64,000 nucleotides of DNA from Candidatus Krumholzibacteriia bacterium (lineage in GTDB: Bacteria > Krumholzibacteriota > Krumholzibacteriia > Krumholzibacteriales > Krumholzibacteriaceae), in the NCBI GenBank assembly GCA_963836185.1, contig CAWIIQ010000001.1, positions 288,001 to 352,000 of the forward strand, read 5' to 3'. A program made the translations under genes and the position numbers. Below are positions 17,729 through 27,269 of the stretch, in pieces. The notes below the pieces were generated by a model, which was not told where the DNA came from, searched no databases, and worked only from the letters and a program-made list of their open reading frames with translations. Within the stretch, counting starts at the first letter, position 1, and each line of letters opens with the position of its first letter.

Positions 17729-20700
17729 ATGAAACGTATCGTCATGCTGGCGATTCTGTCGCTTGCTCTGGCTACGTCTGTGTCGGCTCAGGTCTATCCG
17801 ACTGTAGACAGTGTTTATCCGAATCAGAACGGGACTCGAGCATATGCGACAACGGACATCCGGGTCGCATTCAGCCATGTCATGGACCTGGCTACCCTGA
17901 ATGGAACGACAATCGTAGTATACGGCAGTTTTACCGGGTACCATTCAGGCGCCATCTCGTGGATAAGCGCGAGAAGTTCGGCCCTGTTCAATCCTGACGA
18001 CGACTTCGCGTACGGCGAACTCGTTACCGTTACAGTTACGACGGGAGTGAAGATCGAGGGCGGCAACTATATGCAGGAGCCCTTCGTCTGGAACTTCATG
18101 ATAGGCCCGATAGGCGGGTCGGGTACGTTCGCGACGGCTGTGACCCAGTCTACGAGCGGTTCGGCGCCGGGGTTCATCAGCGCCGCCGACTTCGACAATG
18201 ATCTGGATATCGATCTTGTGACCAGGAGGAACTATCCTTATTACAACGTCCTTACGACCTGGGACAATAACGGAAGCGGGACCTTCACCGGCGCAAATCA
18301 TGAGACCGATGACGAATTTGATAACTTTGACGACGTTATACCGGTCGATATCGACTGGGACGGCGACATGGATATCATGGTCGAATGGCTTAACTGGTCC
18401 AACGGACAGAGTTTCGGGTTCGCGGTCGTACGCAATCCGTTCAGCCCGACTGCATCCCCGAGCGGTCTTGCCGGCGCGGACCACACCAATTCCGGGTATG
18501 CCTTCACCGATTTCAATGGAGATGGATACCGGGATGTAGTGCAGTCTTTTTATGATCTCTCTTTTGACTACAATGTCCGTGTCCTGACATACAGCGATTT
18601 TTTCAGCTCCTTCGTTCAGGACTGGTACGAGGAAACAGCCGCCATCCACAACTATCCCTGCGTAGCCGACTTCAACAATGATGGAAAGATAGATTTCGCG
18701 ACGCTGAGCGAATCGTCCAGCTTTGTCGAGGTATGGATGAATGATGGAGGTTCATCCTTCACTTCCAACGGAACATTCTTTCTCGGCAGGCCTCCGACTG
18801 CTGTTTATGCCGCGGACCTGGACGGCGACGGGGACGCCGATATCGTCACTGTCAACAGGGGTACCGATGATATTTCGGTACTGCTCAACAGCGGAATCGG
18901 CTCATTCGAGCCGGTTTCGGTGTACGGCGTCGATGATGAACCGAATTCGATGGTCCTCGCCGACCTCGACGATGACGGCGATCTCGATGTCGCGACGGCC
19001 AATCCGGTTCAGTTTACTGTCACGGTGCTGCTGAACGATGGGACCGGTGGTTTCGGCAGTTCGCGCACTGAATTTGCGTCGGGACAGACCAACCGTCCGC
19101 CGGGTCATATAGCGGCCGCCGATTTTGACGGTGACGGGGATATCGATCTGGCGACCTCCAACGGCGGATTGTATTCCACATACATATATATCCTGTCCAA
19201 CATGGCGCAGCCTCAGATCGTCTCGACATCGCCCGGGATGAACGAGATCGATGTCGATCCATCGGCCGATATCACGGTGACCTTCGACATGGATATGGAC
19301 GGAGCTTCGATTAACTCCTCCTCGTTCGTAGTGAGTACGAGGACGGACGGTTTCACCGCAGGAAGTGTCAGCTACGACAATCCGTCGAGGACCGCGACAT
19401 TTAACCCGGCTGGAACGTTCGATGACGGGGAACTTGTTGCTGTGTCTCTTACCTCTGATATCGAATCGGCAGACGGGGCGCCGCTGAGAAGCCATGTCTG
19501 GAGCTTCACCGTCACAGCGGACGCCGGCTCAGCCGGATTCAATGCGGATGTAGAGTACGGAACGGGCGACTTCCCGAGGTACGTCTATGCCGCCGACCTG
19601 AACGGAGACGGGTACCCCGATCTCGCCGTGGCAAACCGGAACTCACATTATATGTCGATACTGCTCAACAACGGCGACGGCACGTATGGATCACAGATCA
19701 CGTATACGACAGGTGGCTACCCTCTATATCTCTTCGCCGCCGATCTCGATGATGACGGTGACGTTGACATCGCTGTCGCGAACAGCGGTGACGACGACAT
19801 CTCCATATTCAAGAACAACGGATCCGGGGGCTTCTTCGCCAAGGCGGATTATCCTTCAGCGAACTATCCATCCAATATCCACGGCGGCGACATGGATGGA
19901 GACGGGGACATCGATCTGGTCGCCGGGTGCAGCGGAGACGTCGCAGTACTCCTGAACAATGGAACCGGCGCCTTCCCGTCGTATGAGGCCTATGACACGG
20001 GAAGCCCGGTTACGCGGGCATACGTCCTCGATTGCGACAACGACGGGGACCTCGACGTTGCGGCGGTCCATGTCAACCTCGATGAGGTCGTCCTTATGAT
20101 CAACGGCGGATACGGCGCCCTTTCGGTCGGTTCGTCCGTTCCTACAGGCGATAGTCCGGGGTATATGTGCGCCGCCGATTTTGACGGCGACGGTGATATG
20201 GATATGGCTGTGACCAATCGTAGCGACGACAACATCTCGTATTTAAGGGGAGGCGGGAACGGCTATTTCACCGACGAGGCGTTATATGCTACAGGTGAGG
20301 GACCGGTGGAGATCTTCGCTGCCGATTTCGACGCTGACGGGGACATGGACATGGCGACGGCGAATTATGATGACAATAACGTCTCCATCCTGATAAACAA
20401 CGGGGCTGCCGTATTTTCACCCGGGGGAACGTACGGCGCGGGCAACGGGGCTTTCGGCCTCTTCTCTGCCGATCTCGACAATAACGGCACGATGGACCTC
20501 GCCGTTTCGAATCTTCTCGGGAGCACGGTATCGGTCCTTCTTAACATCAACGCATCATGCGTCACGATGCCGATAACCGCGACAGGTGTCGATATTCCAT
20601 TTGTCGCCGGGGATGATACGATCGCTGTCCTGAACTTCGTCTCCGAGACCCTGGACAGCGTCAATATCTGCGTGCACCCGGGTCAGATTCCTCCGTATAT

Positions 20701-21280
20701 CCTTACCTGGACCGACTGGGTCGAGAGATACTACGTGATCACGCCGTATCCCGTGTCGGCGACATTCGAGGTCGATATGACCCTTTTCTACGACCAGTCG
20801 GAGTTCGACGCTTCGGGGCTCGCCGAGGAATGGGCCCTTCATCCGTACAGATACGATGTTGGCGATCACCACTGGCAGATGGCGGAAGGGATCGTCGGCG
20901 AAGATGCGAACGAGGTTTTCTGCACCGGGGTCACTGAATTTTCCGTCTGGGGATTCTCCGATTCGGAGGCCCTGGTCGATGACGAGGTCGAAGAACTTCC
21001 TGCGGCCACTGCCCTCTACCAGAATTACCCGAATCCCTTCAACCCCGCGACCCAGATAAGGTATTACCTCAGCCGGGATGAGATCGTGAACCTGTCGGTC
21101 TACGATGTGCTCGGCCGTGTAGTGGCGGTGCTGGTCGACGGAAAACAGGATGCGGGGTTCAGGACGGTGACCTGGGACGGCAAGGACCATGCGGGCAGGC
21201 AGGCGGCGAGCGGGGTCTACTTCTACAAGCTCGCGGCAGGCGACTTTGTGCAGACGCGCAAGATGGTGCTGCTGAGGTGA
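17729..21280 (+). CDS. FG-GAP/VCBS repeat and SbsA Ig-like (Big_5) protein with T9SS/FlgD-Ig CTD
   Basis: Start MKRIVML (GGGGGAGG SD); architecture Ig-propeller-Ig-propeller; many 'ADFDGDGD.DLA..N' motifs; 'QNYPNPFNP...KMVLLR'. Confidence 0.88.
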   Translation: MKRIVMLAILSLALATSVSAQVYPTVDSVYPNQNGTRAYATTDIRVAFSHVMDLATLNGTTIVVYGSFTGYHSGAISWISARSSALFNPDDDFAYGELVTVTVTTGVKIEGGNYMQEPFVWNFMIGPIGGSGTFATAVTQSTSGSAPGFISAADFDNDLDIDLVTRRNYPYYNVLTTWDNNGSGTFTGANHETDDEFDNFDDVIPVDIDWDGDMDIMVEWLNWSNGQSFGFAVVRNPFSPTASPSGLAGADHTNSGYAFTDFNGDGYRDVVQSFYDLSFDYNVRVLTYSDFFSSFVQDWYEETAAIHNYPCVADFNNDGKIDFATLSESSSFVEVWMNDGGSSFTSNGTFFLGRPPTAVYAADLDGDGDADIVTVNRGTDDISVLLNSGIGSFEPVSVYGVDDEPNSMVLADLDDDGDLDVATANPVQFTVTVLLNDGTGGFGSSRTEFASGQTNRPPGHIAAADFDGDGDIDLATSNGGLYSTYIYILSNMAQPQIVSTSPGMNEIDVDPSADITVTFDMDMDGASINSSSFVVSTRTDGFTAGSVSYDNPSRTATFNPAGTFDDGELVAVSLTSDIESADGAPLRSHVWSFTVTADAGSAGFNADVEYGTGDFPRYVYAADLNGDGYPDLAVANRNSHYMSILLNNGDGTYGSQITYTTGGYPLYLFAADLDDDGDVDIAVANSGDDDISIFKNNGSGGFFAKADYPSANYPSNIHGGDMDGDGDIDLVAGCSGDVAVLLNNGTGAFPSYEAYDTGSPVTRAYVLDCDNDGDLDVAAVHVNLDEVVLMINGGYGALSVGSSVPTGDSPGYMCAADFDGDGDMDMAVTNRSDDNISYLRGGGNGYFTDEALYATGEGPVEIFAADFDADGDMDMATANYDDNNVSILINNGAAVFSPGGTYGAGNGAFGLFSADLDNNGTMDLAVSNLLGSTVSVLLNINASCVTMPITATGVDIPFVAGDDTIAVLNFVSETLDSVNICVHPGQIPPYILTWTDWVERYYVITPYPVSATFEVDMTLFYDQSEFDASGLAEEWALHPYRYDVGDHHWQMAEGIVGEDANEVFCTGVTEFSVWGFSDSEALVDDEVEELPAATALYQNYPNPFNPATQIRYYLSRDEIVNLSVYDVLGRVVAVLVDGKQDAGFRTVTWDGKDHAGRQAASGVYFYKLAAGDFVQTRKMVLLR

Positions 21281-21312
21281 GTTCCAGGCCGCGGATCGGA
21301 ATATGAAAAGAA

Positions 21313-21340
21313 CAAGGGCCGGGATAAACCCGGCCCTTTC
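21313..21340. terminator. Bidirectional intrinsic terminator
   Basis: AAGGGCCGGG-ATAAA-CCCGGCCCTTT between convergent genes. Confidence 0.75.
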
Positions 21341-21376
21341 TATCAAGAGCTCGCTCTTCGACAATATCTGAAGATC

Positions 21377-23809
21377 TTATCTCAGCAGGATCATCTTCTT
21401 TGTCTCCTTGAACTCTCCAGCATTCAACATGTAGAAATAGACTCCGCTCGCTGCGGAAGATCCGTCAGCGCTTTTGCCTTTCCACTCAGTGGTATATCTA
21501 CCTGCGGATCTTGATTCATCGATAAGAGTAGTTACGAGTCGTCCGGCAGCGTCATATATCCGGAGCGATACATGCCCGGACACTTTTAATCCGAACCCGA
21601 TGGTCGTAACTGGGTTGAACGGGTTGGGGAAGTTCTGCGCAAGGAATGTAGCGTCGGGCAGCGGCATCGGATCGTCGCCGGTGACCATGTCCGGCCCGAT
21701 GACGGAGAAGATGCTTTCGTTGCCGTGTATGTCGACCGCCGCGATCTTGTACCAGTACCCGGCATCCCACGACCAGTAACCATCGACAGAGAAGGTATCG
21801 GGGGTCGAGGCCACGAAGTTCCCCGGGCCCGGCTCGAACGTCTCGCTCGTCCCTCGGTAGATCTTGTATCCTGCGAGGTCAGCCTCGCTGTTCGGATCCC
21901 ACGTCAGCTGCAGGCCGTTCGGCGTGAAGAGCTGCTCGCCCGCGAGTCCGAGCGGAGCGGCGGGGGCGAGGTTGTCGACAGAGTATCCGCTGTCGGGGAG
22001 CGATTCCCAGAAGACCGTGCGGTCACCGGTGTGCGCTATCACCTGGAAGTAGTGCCAGGCGCTGTGCACACCGGTAGAATCGAAGAGTGTCGAGATGACA
22101 TCTGCGTAATTTTCCTGCGCGTATGCCTCATCGTACGAGACGAGCTGCCAGTAGTAGGGCTCGCCTGCAAGCATCCCGCGGCGGATTACATCTGTGCCGA
22201 GCCTGGAATCGAGGTCACCGGCGCTGGTCAGCACGGTCGCGCCGTTTGTCTCGAACATCATCGCGGCAGGCTGGTCTATCGCCCGCCAGACCGAGTACTC
22301 GGAGATCGCATATCCGGGCCACGCGTCGAGATAGCTCGCGTCCCACGCTACACTGACGCCGCCTCCCTGGTCACCCGGTATGTCGATGATCGAGGTTATC
22401 TCGGGCGCGGGGAATCCCCAGTTGCCGGTCCTGTCCATCCGGCCGGCGTATACGTCGTAATTAGAGTTGCGGTAGTCTTTCCACGCCGCGATCGCGCCTC
22501 CGCGGCCGTCATGTGTGATGTCTATTTCGCTCTGAAGTTTCGTAGCTTCAGTGAGCTTCACCCCGTCCGTCCCCCAGAGGAGGGAGCCGGAGGCGTCGAC
22601 GCGCTGCATAAAGATATCGCCGTCGTACCGCCCGTCTTGCCAGGCCGTGATTGCGCCGCCATCGCCGTCCGTGGCAACCGCCGGGTTGTAGCAGCCTGCC
22701 GATGTGCCGCACAGGAGGACGCCGTCGGCGGTCCACGCCACGGTGCCATTCATCTCTACCTTCTGAGCGTAAGCTTTATTCGTCCCGCTCCGGCCGTCCT
22801 CCCAGACAACCATGAAGCCACCCTGTGGATCGGCGCAGACATCCAGGTCTTCTGCAGAGTCCGCGTTGGCGCCATAGAGCACGACGCCTCCGGCGGTCCA
22901 TCCCTCGTTGCCGCTGACGTCGAACGACTGCGCGTATATCGAGTAATGGCTCATGTTGCGGCCATCCCGCCAGCAGGCAATGAACCGGTAATTTCTGTCC
23001 ATGATCAGCTGGACGTTTCTCTGGGAGTCAGTGGCGTTATTGAGGACTATTCCGTTGACGGGCCATCCCCGTGAGCCGGACAACGAGTATCGGTGCCCGT
23101 AGATGTCGGAATAGGTCCCGCTGCCCCTGTAGTCCGCCCATGCAAAATATACGTAGTTGCTCAGGACGTCCACGGTCACATCCGGGTCGATCTGGTTGTA
23201 TGCCGATTCAGTGCAGACCGGCTCTCCGTTGGCCGTCCAGAGTGCGGTGCCGCCGGCGTCGATGCGCTGGGCGTATATGTCGTATGTCGCGCCCATGACG
23301 CCGGCATAGCTTTCCCAGACTATAACGGCGCCTCCGGACCCGTCGCAGGCGATTTCCGCGTCTCCCTGGGTGCCTGTCGCTGTAGTCACCGCGACTCCCC
23401 ACGCCGTCCACAGTTCGTTCCCGTCGGCGTCGAGACGCTGCGCGTATATGTCAGTGTCGCTTCCGCGGCTGTCCTGCCAGGCGACGATCAGGCCGCCCTC
23501 GCCGTCCTGTTCTATCACCGGCCACGTCTGGTTGCTGCCGGAAGGTGTGATCTGGATACCTCCCGGGGTCCACATCTCCTGGCCGTATCCGTTGAGGCGC
23601 TGGGCGAATATCTCGCCGAGATTCGAGTCAGTCCAGACGACGAACGCCCCGCCCTCCCCGTCGTTGATGACGAGAGGCATAGACTGGGTACCTGATGCGG
23701 TCGAGACGGGGTTGCCGTCCTCGATCCACTGAGCAGCTGCGCCTGTCGTAAGAAGAACCGAGAAAAGTAAAAGTAAAGTGATCGATGCGAAGACCCTGGA
23801 GAACATCAT
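21377..23809 (-). CDS. Secreted beta-propeller repeat protein with T9SS/FlgD-Ig CTD (paralog 3)
   Basis: Start MMFSRV (GGAAGGAG SD); same architecture as paralogs 1-2. Confidence 0.88.
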   Translation of the reverse strand: MMFSRVFASITLLLLFSVLLTTGAAAQWIEDGNPVSTASGTQSMPLVINDGEGGAFVVWTDSNLGEIFAQRLNGYGQEMWTPGGIQITPSGSNQTWPVIEQDGEGGLIVAWQDSRGSDTDIYAQRLDADGNELWTAWGVAVTTATGTQGDAEIACDGSGGAVIVWESYAGVMGATYDIYAQRIDAGGTALWTANGEPVCTESAYNQIDPDVTVDVLSNYVYFAWADYRGSGTYSDIYGHRYSLSGSRGWPVNGIVLNNATDSQRNVQLIMDRNYRFIACWRDGRNMSHYSIYAQSFDVSGNEGWTAGGVVLYGANADSAEDLDVCADPQGGFMVVWEDGRSGTNKAYAQKVEMNGTVAWTADGVLLCGTSAGCYNPAVATDGDGGAITAWQDGRYDGDIFMQRVDASGSLLWGTDGVKLTEATKLQSEIDITHDGRGGAIAAWKDYRNSNYDVYAGRMDRTGNWGFPAPEITSIIDIPGDQGGGVSVAWDASYLDAWPGYAISEYSVWRAIDQPAAMMFETNGATVLTSAGDLDSRLGTDVIRRGMLAGEPYYWQLVSYDEAYAQENYADVISTLFDSTGVHSAWHYFQVIAHTGDRTVFWESLPDSGYSVDNLAPAAPLGLAGEQLFTPNGLQLTWDPNSEADLAGYKIYRGTSETFEPGPGNFVASTPDTFSVDGYWSWDAGYWYKIAAVDIHGNESIFSVIGPDMVTGDDPMPLPDATFLAQNFPNPFNPVTTIGFGLKVSGHVSLRIYDAAGRLVTTLIDESRSAGRYTTEWKGKSADGSSAASGVYFYMLNAGEFKETKKMILLR
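21459..21595 (-). repeat. 137-bp near-identical CTD cassette, copy 1
   Basis: 6 mismatches versus the 50434-50570 copy by manual alignment. Confidence 0.85.
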
Positions 23810-23970
23810 CGCTCCTTCCGGCAAAGGTCGTGAATTCCGTGCCGCCACGGTATGGAAATCCACGAAACAGGGGAATCCATAAAGCGGATATGAAGCGAGG
23901 CACCTCGTGATGCCTGATTATGATGTCGTGCAGAAGTACCCCTCATCTTTATCCGCCGCTTACGGGACGC

Positions 23971-24000
23971 ATTATACCACAGGAGCGGGTGAAACATCAA
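23971..24000 (-). promoter_or_regulatory. sigma70-type promoter
   Basis: TTGATG-N18-TATAAT with extended -10 TG. Confidence 0.55.
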
Positions 24001-24079
24001 GCAGTTAAACGAATTGCGGGACTACGACATGCACGCGGTCGTATTAAGACTGTTTGAAGTTGTGACGACGTTTTAAGGT

Positions 24080-26527
24080 TCAACGGAGCAGGATCATCTT
24101 CCTGGTCTCCTCGAACTCTTTCGATATAAGCCTGTAGAAATAGACGCCGCTCGCTGCGGATGATCCGTCAGCGCTTTTGCCGTTCCACTCAGTGGAATAT
24201 CTGCCTGCGGATCTTGATTCATCAACGAGAGTAGTTACGAGTCGTCCGGCAGCGTCATATATCCGGAGTGACACATGTCCGGACTCTTTTAACCCGAACC
24301 CGATGGTCGTGACCGGGTTGAACGGGTTGGGATAGTTCTGTGCGAGGAATGTCACTTCCGGGACAGGCATCGGGTCGTCGCCAGTGATCACGTCCGGCGC
24401 GAGCACGGCGAACTGGCTCTCGTTCCCGTTGATATCGATCGCCGATACCTTGTACCAGTACCCGGCCTCCCACGACCATTCGCTGTCGAAAATCTCTTCT
24501 TCGTCGGTCGACACGACGAGATTCCCCGGCCCCGGCGTGAATCCGCTGCTCGTGCCACGGTAGACATTGTATCCGGCAAGATCGCTCTCGCTGTTCGGCT
24601 CCCATGTCAGACGCATTCCTACAGGCGTGAAGAACTGCTCACCGGCCAGTCCCAGGGGAGTGTCGGGTGCGAGGTTGTCGACCGAGTACCCGCTGTCAGG
24701 AGCGGATATCCAGTAGTGCGTTGATTCGTATCCATGAGCGACGACCTGGAAGTAGTGGCGTTCGAACCCTGCTGAAGATGAGTCGAACAGTGTGGGGACG
24801 AGCTCGGCGTAGAAGTCGGTGATATCCGAAGAGTACACCGTTGCGATCTCCGTCCAGTAATATGGCTCACCCGCTTCCAGCGTGCGCCTTAGTAGCGGGG
24901 AGGAGGGATCTGATTCCAGCTCATCGTCGGCTACACGCAATGCCGAACTGCCGTCGAGCATCGCCGCACCATCGTTCAGCATGGCCATCGCCAGTTCCTC
25001 GTCGATCGATCGCCAGATCGTGTAGTAGAAGATCTCGCTGTTCGGGAATACGTCCAGCCTGCTGGCGTTCCACGAGATGTTGACCTGTCCGCCCTCGTCG
25101 CCGGGGACATCCCGGACCGAGGCGATGTGCGGAGCGGGAAATCCCCACTTGCCGAACCGGTCGATCCGCTGTGCGTATATGTCGCCGTCAAAGAGGTTGC
25201 GGTCATCGTTCCATACGAAGATAGCATTGCCCATGTCATCGACCGCGATCGATGAGACGATCTGGTCGAACGGGCTGGTACAGACGGGAAGACCGCTCTC
25301 GGGCCAGAGGATATTGGCGTTCAAGTCTATCCGGGTCGCGTAAACATCCGCGCCGCTTCCGCTGCGATTGTCCTGCCAGGAGATGATCGCCCCTCCGTTT
25401 CCATCAGATTCGGCGACAGGAAAGTACTTGAGTCCCTCGGCGGCGCAGACAGGGATCCCGTCACCGGTCCACTGCGGTGTTCCGACACCGTTCAGTTTCT
25501 GGGTATATATGTCGTAGTCGCTGTTTCGGCCGTCGAGCCATACGAGGATAGCACCCGCAGCTCCGTCACTGACTATTGCCACGCTGCCCTGAGCGCCCGG
25601 GTCCGTGCATACGGGAACTCCGGATGACCACATCGGAGAGCCGAACCCGGGTTCAAGCTTCTGCGCGTAGATGTCGCCGAACGGATCCGATCGGAAATCG
25701 TCCCAGCATACGATGGCGCCGCCGGCTCCATCGGCGATTATCGACGGGTATTCCTGGCTGTTGATCTCTCCACAGACGGGTACGCCGTTGGTGCCGCCCC
25801 ATGCGATATAGCCGCCAAGCTGTACCCATTCTGCGTAGATATCTTCATTGGTGTAATCCACCCACGTTAGAAAAGCGCCTCCATAGCCGTCCGAAGCGAT
25901 CTGCAATTCTGACTTGAGAACGGGTGACGAGGTTATCTGATGGCCGCCGTCTGTCCAGAGAGCCGTACCTTCGGCGTCCAGCCTCTGGGCGTAGACCTGG
26001 TAACCGCCTCCCCGGCTGTCGAGCCACGCGAAGACGGCGCCTCCAGCATGATCGGGGCAGATCCTGATATTATCCAGCACTCCCGAAAGTGAGGTGATCT
26101 GGATTCCGTCCAGGGTCCACAGCAGGTTTCCATCTCTGTCGATCTTCTGTGCGGAGACTGTGTAGACCGGGCCGTCCTGCGAGATCCAGGCGATCATGAC
26201 GGTGCCGTCACCGGCGTATGCCGCTACAGGCTGCAGCTGGATCGTATCGACTGCGCAGACCTGTATTCCGTCGGGGTCCCACGCGGGGAAACCGCCCTCA
26301 TCGATACGCTGCGCGGTGATCATGACCCAGGGAAATTGCCTTCCATCGGTCCATACGATGAAGGCGCCGCCCCCGCCGTCCGTCACGGCGACCTCCTGGG
26401 CCTGGTAGCCGATAGCAGTGCAGACGGGTGTGCCGTTCTCGAACCACTCGGCTCGCAAAGAAGCCGGTATGCATATGGAGATGACGACGAAAAGAGCAAT
26501 CAGTGACAAGCTTCGCCTGAACATCAA
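24080..26527 (-). CDS. Secreted beta-propeller repeat protein with T9SS/FlgD-Ig CTD (paralog 4)
   Basis: Signal peptide, propeller repeats, DVPGDEGG/DSGYSVDNLAP module, 'QNYPNPFNP...KMILLR'. Start TTG 26527 or ATG 26524. Confidence 0.88.
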   Translation of the reverse strand: MMFRRSLSLIALFVVISICIPASLRAEWFENGTPVCTAIGYQAQEVAVTDGGGGAFIVWTDGRQFPWVMITAQRIDEGGFPAWDPDGIQVCAVDTIQLQPVAAYAGDGTVMIAWISQDGPVYTVSAQKIDRDGNLLWTLDGIQITSLSGVLDNIRICPDHAGGAVFAWLDSRGGGYQVYAQRLDAEGTALWTDGGHQITSSPVLKSELQIASDGYGGAFLTWVDYTNEDIYAEWVQLGGYIAWGGTNGVPVCGEINSQEYPSIIADGAGGAIVCWDDFRSDPFGDIYAQKLEPGFGSPMWSSGVPVCTDPGAQGSVAIVSDGAAGAILVWLDGRNSDYDIYTQKLNGVGTPQWTGDGIPVCAAEGLKYFPVAESDGNGGAIISWQDNRSGSGADVYATRIDLNANILWPESGLPVCTSPFDQIVSSIAVDDMGNAIFVWNDDRNLFDGDIYAQRIDRFGKWGFPAPHIASVRDVPGDEGGQVNISWNASRLDVFPNSEIFYYTIWRSIDEELAMAMLNDGAAMLDGSSALRVADDELESDPSSPLLRRTLEAGEPYYWTEIATVYSSDITDFYAELVPTLFDSSSAGFERHYFQVVAHGYESTHYWISAPDSGYSVDNLAPDTPLGLAGEQFFTPVGMRLTWEPNSESDLAGYNVYRGTSSGFTPGPGNLVVSTDEEEIFDSEWSWEAGYWYKVSAIDINGNESQFAVLAPDVITGDDPMPVPEVTFLAQNYPNPFNPVTTIGFGLKESGHVSLRIYDAAGRLVTTLVDESRSAGRYSTEWNGKSADGSSAASGVYFYRLISKEFEETRKMILLR
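24162..24298 (-). repeat. 137-bp near-identical CTD cassette, copy 2
   Basis: 9 mismatches versus the 50434-50570 copy by manual alignment. Confidence 0.85.
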
Positions 26528-26634
26528 GACCCCCCTGTGATATGTTTCTTGAGCAGTTAAAAGTCCCCGTTAGCTATGCGAGTGTATCATATTCCGAATG
26601 ATTCGCAAATATACTGTCTCAGTCAGGAAATACG

Positions 26635-26666
26635 AAAGCCACTCCCGGCGCCGGGAGTGGCCTTTT
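26635..26666 (-). terminator. Intrinsic terminator after sodN
   Basis: Perfect palindrome GCCACTCCCGGCGCCGGGAGTGGC flanked by A/T tracts on both sides. Confidence 0.65.
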
Positions 26667-26751
26667 GAAACGGCTGTCGCATCTTAAAAAGTGGTAGATT
26701 TTCCACCGCCACCGGTGGCGGTAAATATCCTGTCATGGCGGGATCACGGCG

Positions 26752-27213
26752 CTATTCCTTCTTGAAATAGAGTCCTTCGAACTTGTCGACGAGCGCCCGC
26801 ATCTCATCGATCTGTTCCTGCTCGAGTGTCTGCTTCGACTTCATCGCCTTGATAAGGAGCTCGTGAAGCAGTGTGATCTTCGCGATGTACTCGTCGTATT
26901 CGGCGCCCGGGCCGGTGGCAGGCTTGATCCTCTGCGTCATGAAGTACTGGTAGACGATATGCTGGATCTCTTCGGCGTGCTTTTCCTTGTTGTTGACCCA
27001 TCTGATTAGCTGGTTATAGTTCACTTCGTCTTCGGCGCTCAGCGTGCGGATCATCTTCATCGATTTCTCGACAGTAATGATATGTTCGCGAAGCAGAGCG
27101 ATCCTTGTCTCGTCCCCGTAAATCCCGCACGGGACCTCGCAGTGGGCCAGCACTCCGCGTGCCGACAGGGCCACGATTGATATTACTGCGAATACGATCA
27201 ATCTCGATCTCAT
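26752..27213 (-). CDS. sodN: Nickel superoxide dismutase with Sec signal peptide
   Basis: Ni-hook HCEVPCGIY immediately after 'ARGVLA'; 'NQLIRWVNNKEKHAEEIQ..YFMTQRIKP' typical of SodN. Confidence 0.93.
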   Translation of the reverse strand: MRSRLIVFAVISIVALSARGVLAHCEVPCGIYGDETRIALLREHIITVEKSMKMIRTLSAEDEVNYNQLIRWVNNKEKHAEEIQHIVYQYFMTQRIKPATGPGAEYDEYIAKITLLHELLIKAMKSKQTLEQEQIDEMRALVDKFEGLYFKKE

Positions 27214-27269
27214 GATTTCCTCCTTCTGTGAATTAAATCTGTGATCTGCCGCCTGATCAGTCTACCACA

